A DNA stretch of 64,000 bases, taken from positions 862 to 64,861 of the forward strand of contig ONUE01000001.1 in assembly GCA_900320975.1 (NCBI GenBank), written 5' to 3'. Both the position numbers and the translations under genes were made by a program. Below, one piece after another: positions 29,884-40,020 of the stretch. The stretch's first letter is position 1, and each line of letters opens with the position of its first letter. The notes under the pieces were generated by a model. It did no database searches. It was not told where the DNA came from and saw only the letters and a list, made by a program, of their open reading frames with translations. This stretch comes from an uncultured Bacteroidales bacterium. GTDB lineage: Bacteria > Bacteroidota > Bacteroidia > Bacteroidales > P3.

Positions 29884-30739
29884 GAACCTGCACATATTGT
29901 TGGCAACCTTGTTGTTGTCGATGGGGGCTACCGCACAGGGCATTGATTTCTTGCGACAGAGTGAGATTGTGCTCGGCGGGGGAACTATGAACTATATTGG
30001 CGACCTTAACAATCAATCTGCTTTCTCAACGCTGCATGGCGCCGCCGGGATGGGATTAAGGACCCGTCTGGACAACAGGTGGGCTGTGAGGGTGGAGGCT
30101 GCATACGGAAGTATATCCTGTGAGAAAGACTATATTGTAAGGCGCAATCTGAGCTTTAAGAGTAAAATATTTGAAGTGGCTGTTTTGGCGGAGTTCAATT
30201 TTCGCCCCTTCGGACCAGGTGCTACGGAAAGTGCATGGACGCCATACCTCTTTGGGGGCATCGGCGTATTCCATTACAACCCCATGGCACAGTATACCGA
30301 CAATGACGGAAATGCTCAGTGGATTGCATTGCAGCCTCTTCATACAGAGGGGCAAGGTACGTCGGTGTATCCGGAGCGCCGTCCGTATGGCTTAGTGCAG
30401 ATATGTATGCCCTTTGGCGTGGGAGTGAAGGTGCGGTTCAACAAGACCTTCTCGCTTACGGCTGAATATGGCTTCCGTAAGACATGGACTGACTATCTTG
30501 ACGATGTTAGCACCACATACGTTGACAGAGCATTGCTTGAAACCGAAGTACTTGAAGGTGCTATGGCGGCGCGTATGGCAGACCGTAGCGGTGAGGTGGA
30601 GTCTGGGTATGTGAATACCCCGGGCATTAAGAGAGGCGACGATGCGTTGAAAGACTGGTATGCGTTCATGCGGGTTTCGATAGGCGTGAACCTGGAGACC
30701 TTGTTGGGGTGGACGCGCTCAAAACGTTGTAAACTATAG
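29876..30739 (+). CDS. DUF6089-like outer-membrane beta-barrel protein
   Basis: 287 aa with a signal peptide ending ATAQG. GTG start overlaps the previous gene by 8 nt. The position upstream of uppS matches the Bacteroidales arrangement as I recall it. Confidence 0.6.
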   Translation: MSKNLHILLATLLLSMGATAQGIDFLRQSEIVLGGGTMNYIGDLNNQSAFSTLHGAAGMGLRTRLDNRWAVRVEAAYGSISCEKDYIVRRNLSFKSKIFEVAVLAEFNFRPFGPGATESAWTPYLFGGIGVFHYNPMAQYTDNDGNAQWIALQPLHTEGQGTSVYPERRPYGLVQICMPFGVGVKVRFNKTFSLTAEYGFRKTWTDYLDDVSTTYVDRALLETEVLEGAMAARMADRSGEVESGYVNTPGIKRGDDALKDWYAFMRVSIGVNLETLLGWTRSKRCKL

Positions 30740-30744
30740 ACGAT

Positions 30745-31482
30745 ATGACAATAAGAGAACAAATAGACATGAGCCGTGTGCCTCAGCATGTGGCAATCAT
30801 TATGGACGGGAATGGCCGCTGGGCTATGAAGCAGAAGCATGAGCGCATCTTTGGGCACAACAATGCCATCACTGCTGTGCGGCATGCCGTCGAGGCTGCC
30901 GTAGAGTTGGGTGTGAAATACCTGACACTCTATACGTTCAGCACTGAGAACTGGAACCGTCCGCAGGCCGAGGTCGATGGGCTTATGGAGTTACTTATCA
31001 AGGCAGTTAACGATGAGACAAAGACTCTCATGGACAATAATGTTCGCTTGATGACCATAGGCGATATGCAACGCATACCGGAGCGGTCACGCAAGGTACT
31101 GCAGGGTTGTATAGACAAGACGGCTGCCAATAGTGGCACCACCTTGATACTGGCCTTGAGCTATAGCGCACGGTGGGAGATCGCAGAAGCTTTGAGACAG
31201 ATTTGCCGAGAAGGACTGAAGCCTGAGAGTGTTGACGAAGAGACTTTGCGCCGCTACCTGTCCACGCGCGACTATCCGGATCCCGACCTGCTGATACGTA
31301 CCGGCGGCGAATTGCGTATAAGTAATTTCCTGCTGTGGCAGATGGCATACACAGAGCTTTATTTCAGCGATTTGCTATGGCCAGACTTCCGTCATGAGGA
31401 CTTCTATGCTGCGGTGGTAGACTTTCAAGGGCGGCAACGCCGTTTCGGGAAGACAGAAGCCCAAGTGGAAGAAAAAAAATAA
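30745..31482 (+). CDS. uppS: Isoprenyl transferase (undecaprenyl-diphosphate synthase)
   Basis: 245 aa. HVAIIMDGNGRWA, TLYTFSTENWNRP and RTGGELRISNFLLWQMAYTELYF are cis-prenyltransferase signatures. Confidence 0.95.
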   Translation: MTIREQIDMSRVPQHVAIIMDGNGRWAMKQKHERIFGHNNAITAVRHAVEAAVELGVKYLTLYTFSTENWNRPQAEVDGLMELLIKAVNDETKTLMDNNVRLMTIGDMQRIPERSRKVLQGCIDKTAANSGTTLILALSYSARWEIAEALRQICREGLKPESVDEETLRRYLSTRDYPDPDLLIRTGGELRISNFLLWQMAYTELYFSDLLWPDFRHEDFYAAVVDFQGRQRRFGKTEAQVEEKK

Positions 31483-31570
31483 AAATCTCTTCGCGTAATA
31501 TAATAAAACACCAAGAAGCGAGTTATTATATGGTTGTCGGGTAGTCTGACAACGGGCCAAACTATAGAAG

Positions 31571-34108
31571 ATGAAACAAACAAAAAGACTGCTGCTGCTT
31601 GCGATGCTGCTGTTGTTCAACGCTAATGTGCTGAGGGCACAGACTGTGGTGGGCGGTAACGAAGGATACGACCTCGACTATCTTACTCCCAAGACATATG
31701 AAATCGGCGGCATAAGCTTCGAGGGTGCCGACAATTTCGATACTCGTGTGGTGCAGCTGGTGGCTGGCCTTCAGGTTGGTGACCGTATCAAGGTACCAGG
31801 TGACAAAATCTCCGCTTCTGTGGAGAACCTTTGGATGCAGGGCATGTTCGAGGATGTGCAGATACGCGTGAGCCGCATACAGGGTAATATCATCTTCCTC
31901 AAGATTGTTCTGAAGGAGCGTCCCAGAATGGACAAATTCGCGTTCACCGGTGTGAAAAAAGGCGAGGCGGACAAACTGCGCGAGGAAATAAAGATAGCCA
32001 ACGGCGAGGTAGTTACTGAGAATATGCTCCGCACCTCGGTAAACAAAATCAAGGGTTATTACATCGACAAGGGCTATACCCGAGTGGAGGTTGAGCCTAC
32101 CCAAGAACTTGATTCCAATGGTCGTGTGACCGTGACCTTCAATGTGAAGCGTGGCAAGATAGTCAAGATTGACAGCCTTATATTCGAGGGCAATGAGAAT
32201 ATAAAGACCATCACGCTGCAGAGCAAAATGGAGAAGACCCACGACGTTCACTATTTTTGGAAACTGCGCTTCTGGACCAAGTCTTTCTGGAAGAAGAGCC
32301 GCTACATAGAGAGTGACTTCCGCGAGGATTTGGATAAGGTTATAGCCTACTATAACGAGCAGGGTTTCCGCGATGCCCGCATTGTCTACGATACCGTTTG
32401 GGATGTGCAGCAGGAAGTAGCCAAAGGCAAGACACCCAAGCAGGAACTTGTCAAGGTGAAGGTGAATGTATACGAGGGTCAGCGCTTCTTTTTCCGCAAC
32501 ATCACGTTCTCCGGCAACACTGTCTATAGTGATGAGCTGTTGCACAGGGCTTTGCGCATCAACAAGGGCGACCCCTACAACAAGAAAGTGTTGGACATGA
32601 ACATAAGCTACAATCCATCGGGCACAGACATCACGTCGCTCTATATGGATAATGGCTACCTGTTCTTCCGTACCACTCCTGTGGAGATTGCCGTGGATGG
32701 TGACTCTATAGACATCGAGATTCGTATTATCGAGGACAAGCAGGCCCGTATACGCAACGTTACGGTTGAAGGTAACACCATCACTAACGATAAGGTTATC
32801 ATGCGCGAGTTGCATACACGCCCGGGCGACCTCTTCAGCCGCGATGCCGTTATCCGCAGCCATCGTGAGCTTGTCACACTTGGCTACTTCAAGGAAGATA
32901 AAGTCAAACCGGATTACAAGCCCAATCCCGAGGATGGTACTGTGGATATCATCTACAGGGTTGAGGAGGGCTCCACCAGCCAGATTAATATCCAAGGTGG
33001 CTATGGCGGTGGTATGGTAATCGGCCAGGTTGGTTTGCAGCTCAACAACTTCAGCGTCCGTAATATCTTCAACAAGGATGCTTGGGCACCGCTGCCTGCC
33101 GGCGATGGTCAGAAGCTTGGTCTCAATGCAGTTACCAACGGTACGCATTACTACTCCCTCAGCGCCTCGTTCACGGAACCGTGGCTGGGTGGCCATCAGG
33201 CACAGTCGCTGACTGGTTCCATTTATCATAACCTTTACAGCAACGGCTTCTACTATGGACGCGACAACGCCAACTACTATAGCCTTCAGATTACCGGCGC
33301 CGGCGTGAGCTTCTCCAAGCGTTTGAAATGGCCCGACGATTACTTCATTGTTAGTCATGGCATCAGCTACAAGCACTATACATTGGTCAACTATAGCCTC
33401 ACTTCCGACATCTTCACCGATGGTGAGGCCCATGATTTGAGCTATGGTTTCACCTTGAGCCGCAACTCGCTCGACTCTCCCATCTATGCCCGCAGCGGTT
33501 CTGAGGTGTCTGTGAGTGCATTTCTCACCCCTCCGTACTCTATCATTAGTGGCAAGAAAGAATTTGCCACCAAACAGGAGAAATACCGCTGGATTGAATA
33601 CTACAAGGTCAATATGCGTGGCTCGTGGATGCTTAACCTTGTCGGTGATGTGGTGCTCAATGCCCGCTTCCGCTTTGGCTTCATGAGCTACTATAACGAT
33701 AAGATAGGTCTCTCGCCATTCGGCCGTTACTTCGTTGGTGGCGATGGTCTCTCGTCGTGGATGCTCGACGGCCGTGAGGTCATCCCTCTGCGCGGTTACC
33801 AGAACAACTCCATCGGTGCCAGTACCACTGGCGGCGGTGCGGTGTTCGACCGCTTCACCCTTGAGCTGCGCCAGCCCATCATCGAGAACGGTACTGCCAC
33901 AATCTGGCTGGCAGGTTTCGTCGAGGGCGGCAACTGCTGGAGCGACATCAGTGAGTTCCAACCCTTCAAGATGTATAACGCCGCCGGTATTGGTGTGCGC
34001 TTATTCATGCCCATGTTCGGCATCATCGGTATCGATTGGGGCTATGGTTTCGACGGCGCTTCCGGCGGCAGTCAGTTCCACTTCTCCCTCGGTCAAAGTC
34101 TTGATTAA
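31571..34108 (+). CDS. bamA: Outer membrane protein assembly factor BamA
   Basis: 845 aa. Signal peptide, POTRA-like repeats and a C-terminal Omp85 barrel. uppS-bamA-skp synteny. Confidence 0.92.
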   Translation: MKQTKRLLLLAMLLLFNANVLRAQTVVGGNEGYDLDYLTPKTYEIGGISFEGADNFDTRVVQLVAGLQVGDRIKVPGDKISASVENLWMQGMFEDVQIRVSRIQGNIIFLKIVLKERPRMDKFAFTGVKKGEADKLREEIKIANGEVVTENMLRTSVNKIKGYYIDKGYTRVEVEPTQELDSNGRVTVTFNVKRGKIVKIDSLIFEGNENIKTITLQSKMEKTHDVHYFWKLRFWTKSFWKKSRYIESDFREDLDKVIAYYNEQGFRDARIVYDTVWDVQQEVAKGKTPKQELVKVKVNVYEGQRFFFRNITFSGNTVYSDELLHRALRINKGDPYNKKVLDMNISYNPSGTDITSLYMDNGYLFFRTTPVEIAVDGDSIDIEIRIIEDKQARIRNVTVEGNTITNDKVIMRELHTRPGDLFSRDAVIRSHRELVTLGYFKEDKVKPDYKPNPEDGTVDIIYRVEEGSTSQINIQGGYGGGMVIGQVGLQLNNFSVRNIFNKDAWAPLPAGDGQKLGLNAVTNGTHYYSLSASFTEPWLGGHQAQSLTGSIYHNLYSNGFYYGRDNANYYSLQITGAGVSFSKRLKWPDDYFIVSHGISYKHYTLVNYSLTSDIFTDGEAHDLSYGFTLSRNSLDSPIYARSGSEVSVSAFLTPPYSIISGKKEFATKQEKYRWIEYYKVNMRGSWMLNLVGDVVLNARFRFGFMSYYNDKIGLSPFGRYFVGGDGLSSWMLDGREVIPLRGYQNNSIGASTTGGGAVFDRFTLELRQPIIENGTATIWLAGFVEGGNCWSDISEFQPFKMYNAAGIGVRLFMPMFGIIGIDWGYGFDGASGGSQFHFSLGQSLD

Positions 34109-34110
34109 CC

Positions 34111-34812
34111 ATGAAGCGTAGTTTGTTCATCCTCTTGCTGATACTTGCCGTTGCTCCTATGGCGATGGCGCAGAAGTATGCATGCGTCAATACCGACTAT
34201 GTCCTCAAGTCTCTGCCCGACTATGCCAATGCACAGAAGAGGCTCGACCGTTATGTCACCGACTGGCAGAAGGAGCTCGCCGACAAGGCTGCTGAGCTGG
34301 ATGCTATGCGGGCTGACTATGAGCAGGAGAGCTACCTCCTGCCGGAGAACCTCAAGAAACGCCGTCAGGAGGAGATACGTGCCAAGGAGCAGGAGATACG
34401 TGATCTCCAGCAGCAACATTTCGGTGCTGGCGGTGACCTCGAAAGGCACCGCGCAGAGCTCTTGAAGCCTGTGCAGGACCGTGTCTTCAGCGTCATTGAG
34501 CGCATCGCTAATGAGAAGAACTACGCCTTTGTGTTCGACAAAGCCGGCAGTCCTACGGTCTTGTATGCCAACAAGAAATACGACATCAGCGACGAGGTGC
34601 TTGAGCAACTTGGCGTAAAGCCCAACGCCGCCGCAGCATCGTCGCCTTCTACAGAGAGCACCAGCAGTCCTGACAAGAAGGGCTTGCCGAAAGATGGCAA
34701 GGAAATCAAGAAGCCCCTTAACCCGGAGATGCGCAGTCCGTCCCAGTTAAAATCGCAACCTCGCAACACGCATACTCCGCTTGGTAATACCATGGACGTG
34801 AAAAAACGATAA
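34111..34812 (+). CDS. OmpH/Skp-family periplasmic chaperone (with a long S/P/K-rich tail)
   Basis: 233 aa. Signal peptide and a coiled-coil OmpH core (KRLDRYVTDWQKELADKAAELDAMRADYEQE). The last ~65 aa are low-complexity. Confidence 0.85.
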   Translation: MKRSLFILLLILAVAPMAMAQKYACVNTDYVLKSLPDYANAQKRLDRYVTDWQKELADKAAELDAMRADYEQESYLLPENLKKRRQEEIRAKEQEIRDLQQQHFGAGGDLERHRAELLKPVQDRVFSVIERIANEKNYAFVFDKAGSPTVLYANKKYDISDEVLEQLGVKPNAAAASSPSTESTSSPDKKGLPKDGKEIKKPLNPEMRSPSQLKSQPRNTHTPLGNTMDVKKR

Positions 34813-34830
34813 AATAAACAATTATAAACA

Positions 34831-35343
34831 ATGAAAAAGAGCTTAATTGCAATCATGGTTTGCCTGCTCGCCTTCGGTGGCAGCGCCATGGCCCAGAAGA
34901 ACACCAAAATCGGACACATCAACTCTAACGACCTGATGCAGATCATGCCGGGCCGCGACTCTGCACAGACTGTGCTGCAGGGCGAGGTCGCCGAGCTTGA
35001 GGAGACCCTCAAGTCCATGCAAGCCGAAGCCGAGAAGCGTTACAATGATTATGTCGCCAATCAGGCCGGTTGGACCGAGCTTATCCGTCAGACCAAACAG
35101 CGTGAAATCCAGGATATGGCTGCCCGTATCGAGGAGTTCCAGCAGAATGCCCAGAAACAGCTTCAAGATCGCGAGGCTGAGCTGCTGAAGCCCATCATCG
35201 ACCGTGCCAAGAAGGCTATCGCCGAAGTCGCCAAAGAGGGTGGCTACACCTATATCCTCGACGCCGGTACTGCCGCAATCCTCTACGATGAGGGTGGCGA
35301 TGACATCATGCCTCTTGTCAAGAAGAAACTTGGCTTGAAATAG
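34831..35343 (+). CDS. OmpH/Skp-family periplasmic chaperone
   Basis: 170 aa, signal peptide, OmpH coiled-coil pattern. Second skp paralog after bamA. Confidence 0.88.
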   Translation: MKKSLIAIMVCLLAFGGSAMAQKNTKIGHINSNDLMQIMPGRDSAQTVLQGEVAELEETLKSMQAEAEKRYNDYVANQAGWTELIRQTKQREIQDMAARIEEFQQNAQKQLQDREAELLKPIIDRAKKAIAEVAKEGGYTYILDAGTAAILYDEGGDDIMPLVKKKLGLK

Positions 35344-35962
35344 TTTGTTTGAAGCGCTGGTTGGCGGCGCACAGTGCATCGTCGGCATTGATGCCGTGAC
35401 AGCGCGCCCAGTCGACCAGAGCAAACAGCAAATCGCCGAACTCCGCTTCGGAACAATCCTCTGCCGGTTGGCAATTACCTAATGGTATATTGGCGACCGG
35501 CTTCTTTTTGTCTTCTCTCATGCCGGCAACCTTCTCCTGCATCCTCACGGCCTTGACGAGTGCCGGAAGCGACTCAGGCACCCCTTCCAGCACGTCTTTG
35601 CGACCTTCGCGCATCTTCAGCTGTTCCCAGCTCTCCCCGTGATATTCATCCTTGCGGTAGATAAAGGGGTGTCTGTCTATCAGCTTGTCGCAGATGGCGT
35701 TGTACACGTCCTCCGTGGTGAACAGCCCCTGTTCCTCGGCTATCTTGCAGTAGAACAGTATGTGCATGGCCACGTCGCCGAGCTCCTTCTTCAGGTCGTC
35801 GGCGTTGCCGGAAACTATTGCCTCGCTGAGTTCGTGCACCTCCTCGATAGTCAGGTAGCGCAGGCTTTTCATGGTCTGCACCTTGTCCCACGGGCACTCC
35901 TTGCGCAGAGTGTCCAGTATGCCGCTCAGTCGTTCAAATGCGGTGCACGTCTTCGATTCCAT
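35318..35962 (-). CDS. mazG: Nucleoside triphosphate pyrophosphohydrolase MazG
   Basis: 214 aa. MazG motifs CPWDKVQTMKSLRYLTIEEVHELSEAI and ELGDVAMHILFY. Start lies 29 nt inside the 3' end of the RelA/SpoT gene. Confidence 0.85.
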   Translation of the reverse strand: MESKTCTAFERLSGILDTLRKECPWDKVQTMKSLRYLTIEEVHELSEAIVSGNADDLKKELGDVAMHILFYCKIAEEQGLFTTEDVYNAICDKLIDRHPFIYRKDEYHGESWEQLKMREGRKDVLEGVPESLPALVKAVRMQEKVAGMREDKKKPVANIPLGNCQPAEDCSEAEFGDLLFALVDWARCHGINADDALCAANQRFKQTISSQVSS

Positions 35963-38174
35963 CGATTTTCTTCAGTTTGTCTATCAGGCCGTTCAGGCTG
36001 TCCACATCGTTCACATACAGCATTATGATGCCCTGAGCCACGCCCTCCGACGCCTCCAGCGTGATGGCACGCATATTCAGGTCGAGCTCTTCCGAGATGC
36101 TGCGTGTAATCTCCTGTAGCAGGCCTTTCTTGTCTATTGCCGTGAGCGCAATACCTGTGAGCAGCGACAACTGCTCCCCTGGGCGCCATCTGGCACGCAC
36201 GATGTGGTTCTCGTGGTTGGCCATCTCGTCCATCGCTTCGCGGCAATTGGTGCGGTGTACCATTATCTTGCCATCCTGCACGATACCAATCACCTGGTCG
36301 CCAGGTACTGGCTTGCAACAAGATGCTGTCTCTGTGGGGTAGTTGGCATAGCCTTTCTCGAGAAGGAACGGGTGTGACCTCAGGTCTGTTGACGACGGTG
36401 TTGACAGCTGTGAGGTGTCGCTGCCGAAAAGCTCTTTATACCTGTCGAGGAAGAACAGCTTAGGTGTCGGGCGCGCCTTACCGAAGCATTCGCTAATCTG
36501 GTGCTCCGTGATGGCTCCGATGGCTATGTCGTAGTAGATGTCCACGTCGCTCTTCTGGTTGAAGTAGCGCTTTATCTGTCCGAAGTTCTGCGGGTTGTCC
36601 TTAAGGCGCAGCTTCTCGTAGTAGCCTGCCAGGCGCTTCTGGCCCTCAGCGATATACTCTTTCTTTTGCTGCCGCAGGAAGTCCTTGATGGCCTCCTTGG
36701 CACGCGGAGTCTGGCACTCGTCGAGCCATTCTGGTAGCGGCAAGGTCTTCTTCGAGGTGAGCACCTGCACCTGGTCGCCGGTATGCAGGCGGTGGCCTAT
36801 GGCCGCCGGACGGGCGTTCACCTTGGCACCTATGCAGTGCATTCCCAGTGCGGTATGTATGGCGTATGCGAAGTCGAGCACCGTGCTTCTGCTGGGCAGC
36901 ACTACGGTCTTGCCGGTGGGGGTGAAGAGGTATATCTCCTTGGTATACAGGGTCTCCTTGAACTCCTCTACCAGGTCCAGCGCGCTCTTGTCGCTGTTCT
37001 CCAGCGAGGCGCGTATCTGTTGTAGCCACTCCTCCACGGGGTTGTTCTCTATCTGCTCCTCGGGGTGCGCCTCTTTGTAGAGGAAGTGTGCCGCCATACC
37101 TTTCTCGGCTATGGTGTCCATGCGCTCCGTGCGTATCTGCACCTCCACCCAGCGCCCTATGGGCGTCATCACGGTGGTCTGCAGGCTCTCGTAGCCGTTG
37201 TTCTTCGGGTGTGTTATCCAGTCGCGGAAGCGCGAGGGGTTCGTCGGGAACTGGCCCGAGATGAGGGCGTAGACCTTGAAGCATTCCTCTTTCTCTTTGT
37301 CGCGTGGCACATCCTTGAGGATGATGCGCATGGCATAGAGGTCGAATATCTCGTCGAAGTCAACGTGCTTGTTCTCAATCTTCTTCCAGCAGCTGTAGAC
37401 GCTCTTTACTCTTGTCTTCAGGCTGTATTTGTAGTTCTGCTCGTCAAGGAGTCCTCTCACCGGTTCCACGAGGCATTTCTCCAGCTTCTCGCTGGTGCCT
37501 GCGGTGGCGGCAATCTTGGCCTCAATCTCGGCGTATTTGTCGGGGTTGGTATAGCGCATCACCAGCTCCTCGAGCTCGGTCTTTATGTTGTATAGACCCA
37601 GGCGGTGCGCCAGCGGTATGTAGAGGTACGACGTCTCGCTCGCTATGGCCAGCTTCTTGGTGTCCTTCATCGAGCCCAGCGTGCGCATGTTGTGCAGCCT
37701 GTCGCAGAGCTTGAGGAAGATGACGTAGGCGTCGTTGCACATCGAGAGCAGTATCTTGCGGTAGTTTTCCGCCTGTTTGCTGTCGGTCTGCTGTATCACC
37801 ATGACGTCGTTTATCTTCGTCACGCCGTCCACTATGGTGGCCACCCTGTCGCCAAACACCATACGCAGTTCGTCGAGGGTTATCTCGGTGTCTTCCACCA
37901 CGTCGTGCAGCAGCGCGCACACCACGGCTATCGGGCCCAAGCCCACCTCCTTGACGGCAATCAGAGCCACCGCCAGCGGATGGAAGATATAGGGCTCGCC
38001 GCTCTTGCGGCGGGTGCCGGCATGAGCTTTCTTGGCTATCTGGTAGGCACGCAGTATCTGGGCACTCTCCTCGGCGGTGAGGGGCTTCAGCTCGCGGCAG
38101 GCGGCCACAAGCTCGTCATATTTGGCCCGTATCTCGCGTTCTTCGCGTTCTTCGTCTATAACGTACTCTGCCAT
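35934..38174 (-). CDS. Bifunctional RelA/SpoT-family (p)ppGpp synthetase/hydrolase
   Basis: 746 aa. HD hydrolase motif (HPLAVA...LLHDVVEDT), synthetase domain (YAMRIILK...YESLQTTV), TGS (YLFTPTGKTVVLP) and a C-terminal ACT-like domain. Confidence 0.93.
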   Translation of the reverse strand: MAEYVIDEEREEREIRAKYDELVAACRELKPLTAEESAQILRAYQIAKKAHAGTRRKSGEPYIFHPLAVALIAVKEVGLGPIAVVCALLHDVVEDTEITLDELRMVFGDRVATIVDGVTKINDVMVIQQTDSKQAENYRKILLSMCNDAYVIFLKLCDRLHNMRTLGSMKDTKKLAIASETSYLYIPLAHRLGLYNIKTELEELVMRYTNPDKYAEIEAKIAATAGTSEKLEKCLVEPVRGLLDEQNYKYSLKTRVKSVYSCWKKIENKHVDFDEIFDLYAMRIILKDVPRDKEKEECFKVYALISGQFPTNPSRFRDWITHPKNNGYESLQTTVMTPIGRWVEVQIRTERMDTIAEKGMAAHFLYKEAHPEEQIENNPVEEWLQQIRASLENSDKSALDLVEEFKETLYTKEIYLFTPTGKTVVLPSRSTVLDFAYAIHTALGMHCIGAKVNARPAAIGHRLHTGDQVQVLTSKKTLPLPEWLDECQTPRAKEAIKDFLRQQKKEYIAEGQKRLAGYYEKLRLKDNPQNFGQIKRYFNQKSDVDIYYDIAIGAITEHQISECFGKARPTPKLFFLDRYKELFGSDTSQLSTPSSTDLRSHPFLLEKGYANYPTETASCCKPVPGDQVIGIVQDGKIMVHRTNCREAMDEMANHENHIVRARWRPGEQLSLLTGIALTAIDKKGLLQEITRSISEELDLNMRAITLEASEGVAQGIIMLYVNDVDSLNGLIDKLKKIDGIEDVHRI

Positions 38175-38177
38175 CTC

Positions 38178-38849
38178 TTACCAGAATAAAAATGCTGCCA
38201 GCGACGATGCAAGCATCAGGTCGAGGCTTGCGCCGAAGGTCACGAATCCATGTCCGCCGTAGTTGGCGTAGCCTGCCGACAGCGACGTCCAGCAGAACTC
38301 ACTACTGCTTTTCCTCACGGCCATACGCACTCCTATCTCGCCACCCAGGTGATGTCCGCCACCGCCCACGCCGCCATAGAGCTGCCAGTCGAGGATTGAC
38401 TCATAGCCCGACAGGCGCAGGGCGGCGCCGAGGCTCAGGTACGAGTGTCGTCTGCCGGCAAGCACCGAGGTGTAGAAGCCCCACCGCTTGGGCAGGTAGG
38501 TGAAGTTGGCGCCGATGGCATTGTCGTGACTGCCGGTGAGCAGTTCACCTTCAAGGAAGAAGGTGTGGTATCGCGAGTCCAAATTGTTGAGATAGTGATG
38601 TTTCGGGCGGTGGTAGACGGACGTGTCGTTGCTGGTGCCTTCCACGTTGCCGTAGATGTCATAGTATACCGGCGCACCCAGTATGTTGGGCTCTTTCTTC
38701 TCACCCCTTTTCTTGGGCTGCGGTTTGGCGCCTATGACGTTCTCTTCGGTGTCCGTGGTGTCCACAGCCACGCTGTCGCGCACCACATCCTGTGCCCATA
38801 CCATGCCGCTCACCGTGAGCAGCAATGCTATCACTATCAGTCTTTTCAT
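38178..38849 (-). CDS. Hypothetical secreted/outer-membrane protein
   Basis: 223 aa from [20 protein letters not shown]. Gly/His-rich patch GGVGGGGHHLGGEIG. Start ATG shares one base with the recA stop (TAATG). The N-terminal extension in the ORF track was rejected. Confidence 0.65.
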   Translation of the reverse strand: MKRLIVIALLLTVSGMVWAQDVVRDSVAVDTTDTEENVIGAKPQPKKRGEKKEPNILGAPVYYDIYGNVEGTSNDTSVYHRPKHHYLNNLDSRYHTFFLEGELLTGSHDNAIGANFTYLPKRWGFYTSVLAGRRHSYLSLGAALRLSGYESILDWQLYGGVGGGGHHLGGEIGVRMAVRKSSSEFCWTSLSAGYANYGGHGFVTFGASLDLMLASSLAAFLFW

Positions 38850-39883
38850 TATTCTTCGCTGTTGGCTTTCTCTTTCAATGCGGCGCGTATCTTGCCCTCC
38901 AGCTCGTCGCAGAGCTCGGGGTTGTCGCGCAGCAGCTGCTTGAGGGCTTCGCGGCCCTGGGCAAGTTTGCTCTCGCCGTAGCTGAACCACGAACCGCTCT
39001 TGTGTACTATGTCGAGGTCCACGCCCAGGTCGATAATCTCGCCCAGCTTGGAGATGCCCTCGCCGAATATCATGTCGAACTCGCAGGTGCGGAAGGGAGG
39101 TGCCACTTTGTTCTTCACTATTCTCACCTTCACGCGGTTACCGATGTTCTGGTCGCCGTCCTTGATGGCCTGCGTGCGGCGTATGTCGATACGCACCGAG
39201 GCGTAGAACTTCAGGGCGTTGCCGCCGGTGGTCGTCTCGGGGTTGCCGAAGAGGACGCCGATCTTCTCGCGCAGCTGGTTGATGAAGATGCAGCAGCAGT
39301 TGGTCTTGCTGATGGTGGCGGTGAGCTTGCGCATGGCCTGGCTCATCAGGCGTGCCTGGAGACCCACCTTCGAGTCGCCCATGTCGCCGTCGATCTCGGC
39401 TTTGGGCGTCAGGGCTGCCACCGAGTCGATGACTATGATGTCGATGGCGCCAGAGCGTATCAGGTTGTCGGCAATCTCGAGGGCCTGCTCGCCGTTGTCG
39501 GGCTGCGAGACGAGGAGGTTGTCGATGTCCACACCCAACTTCTTGGCATAGAAGCTGTCGAAGGCATGCTCGGCGTCGATGAAGGCCGCTATGCCGCCTT
39601 GCTTCTGGCACTCGGCGATGGCGTGCGTGGCCAGGGTGGTTTTGCCGCTCGACTCGGGGCCGTAGATCTCTATGACCCTGCCTTTGGGGAAGCCGCCGAC
39701 ACCCAGCGCTGCGTCGAGGCTGATGCTGCCCGTCGAGATGACGTCCATCTCCTCCACGGGACGGTCACCGAGTTTCATGATGGAACCCTTGCCGTAGTTC
39801 TTCTCTATCTTGTCCAGCGTGCTCTGGAGTATCTTCAGTTTTTCCAGCTTCTGGGCTGCAGCGTCGTTCACTTCTTTTGCCAT
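38849..39883 (-). CDS. recA: Recombinase RecA
   Basis: 344 aa from [14 protein letters not shown]. Walker [10 protein letters not shown]. Further conserved RecA blocks [10 protein letters not shown] and [23 protein letters not shown]. Confidence 0.96.
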   Translation of the reverse strand: MAKEVNDAAAQKLEKLKILQSTLDKIEKNYGKGSIMKLGDRPVEEMDVISTGSISLDAALGVGGFPKGRVIEIYGPESSGKTTLATHAIAECQKQGGIAAFIDAEHAFDSFYAKKLGVDIDNLLVSQPDNGEQALEIADNLIRSGAIDIIVIDSVAALTPKAEIDGDMGDSKVGLQARLMSQAMRKLTATISKTNCCCIFINQLREKIGVLFGNPETTTGGNALKFYASVRIDIRRTQAIKDGDQNIGNRVKVRIVKNKVAPPFRTCEFDMIFGEGISKLGEIIDLGVDLDIVHKSGSWFSYGESKLAQGREALKQLLRDNPELCDELEGKIRAALKEKANSEE

Positions 39884-39927
39884 ATTTTTCAGATGTTTAT
39901 ATTGTTGTGGTGTTTTATTTATTGTGG

Positions 39928-39935
39928 CAAAGATA
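39928..39935 (-). promoter_or_regulatory. -7 promoter box (TATCTTTG on the minus strand) upstream of recA
   Basis: Plus-strand CAAAGATA, 45 nt upstream of the recA ATG at 39883. The -33 is weak (GTTG). Confidence 0.5.
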
Positions 39936-40020
39936 CGTCTTTTTCGCGACATGTGCAACTTTTATTTGATAACAGATATCGAGTTTTTGATTATCAGTCT
40001 GTTGGCGTACGCGCTACCTA

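Noticed and set aside
35318-35343. 26-nt convergent overlap between the 3' ends of the second skp/ompH gene and mazG.
   Set aside because: It is real in the sequence but involves only the last ~8 codons of each gene. It is most simply explained by compact genome organisation. I have no evidence for antisense regulation.
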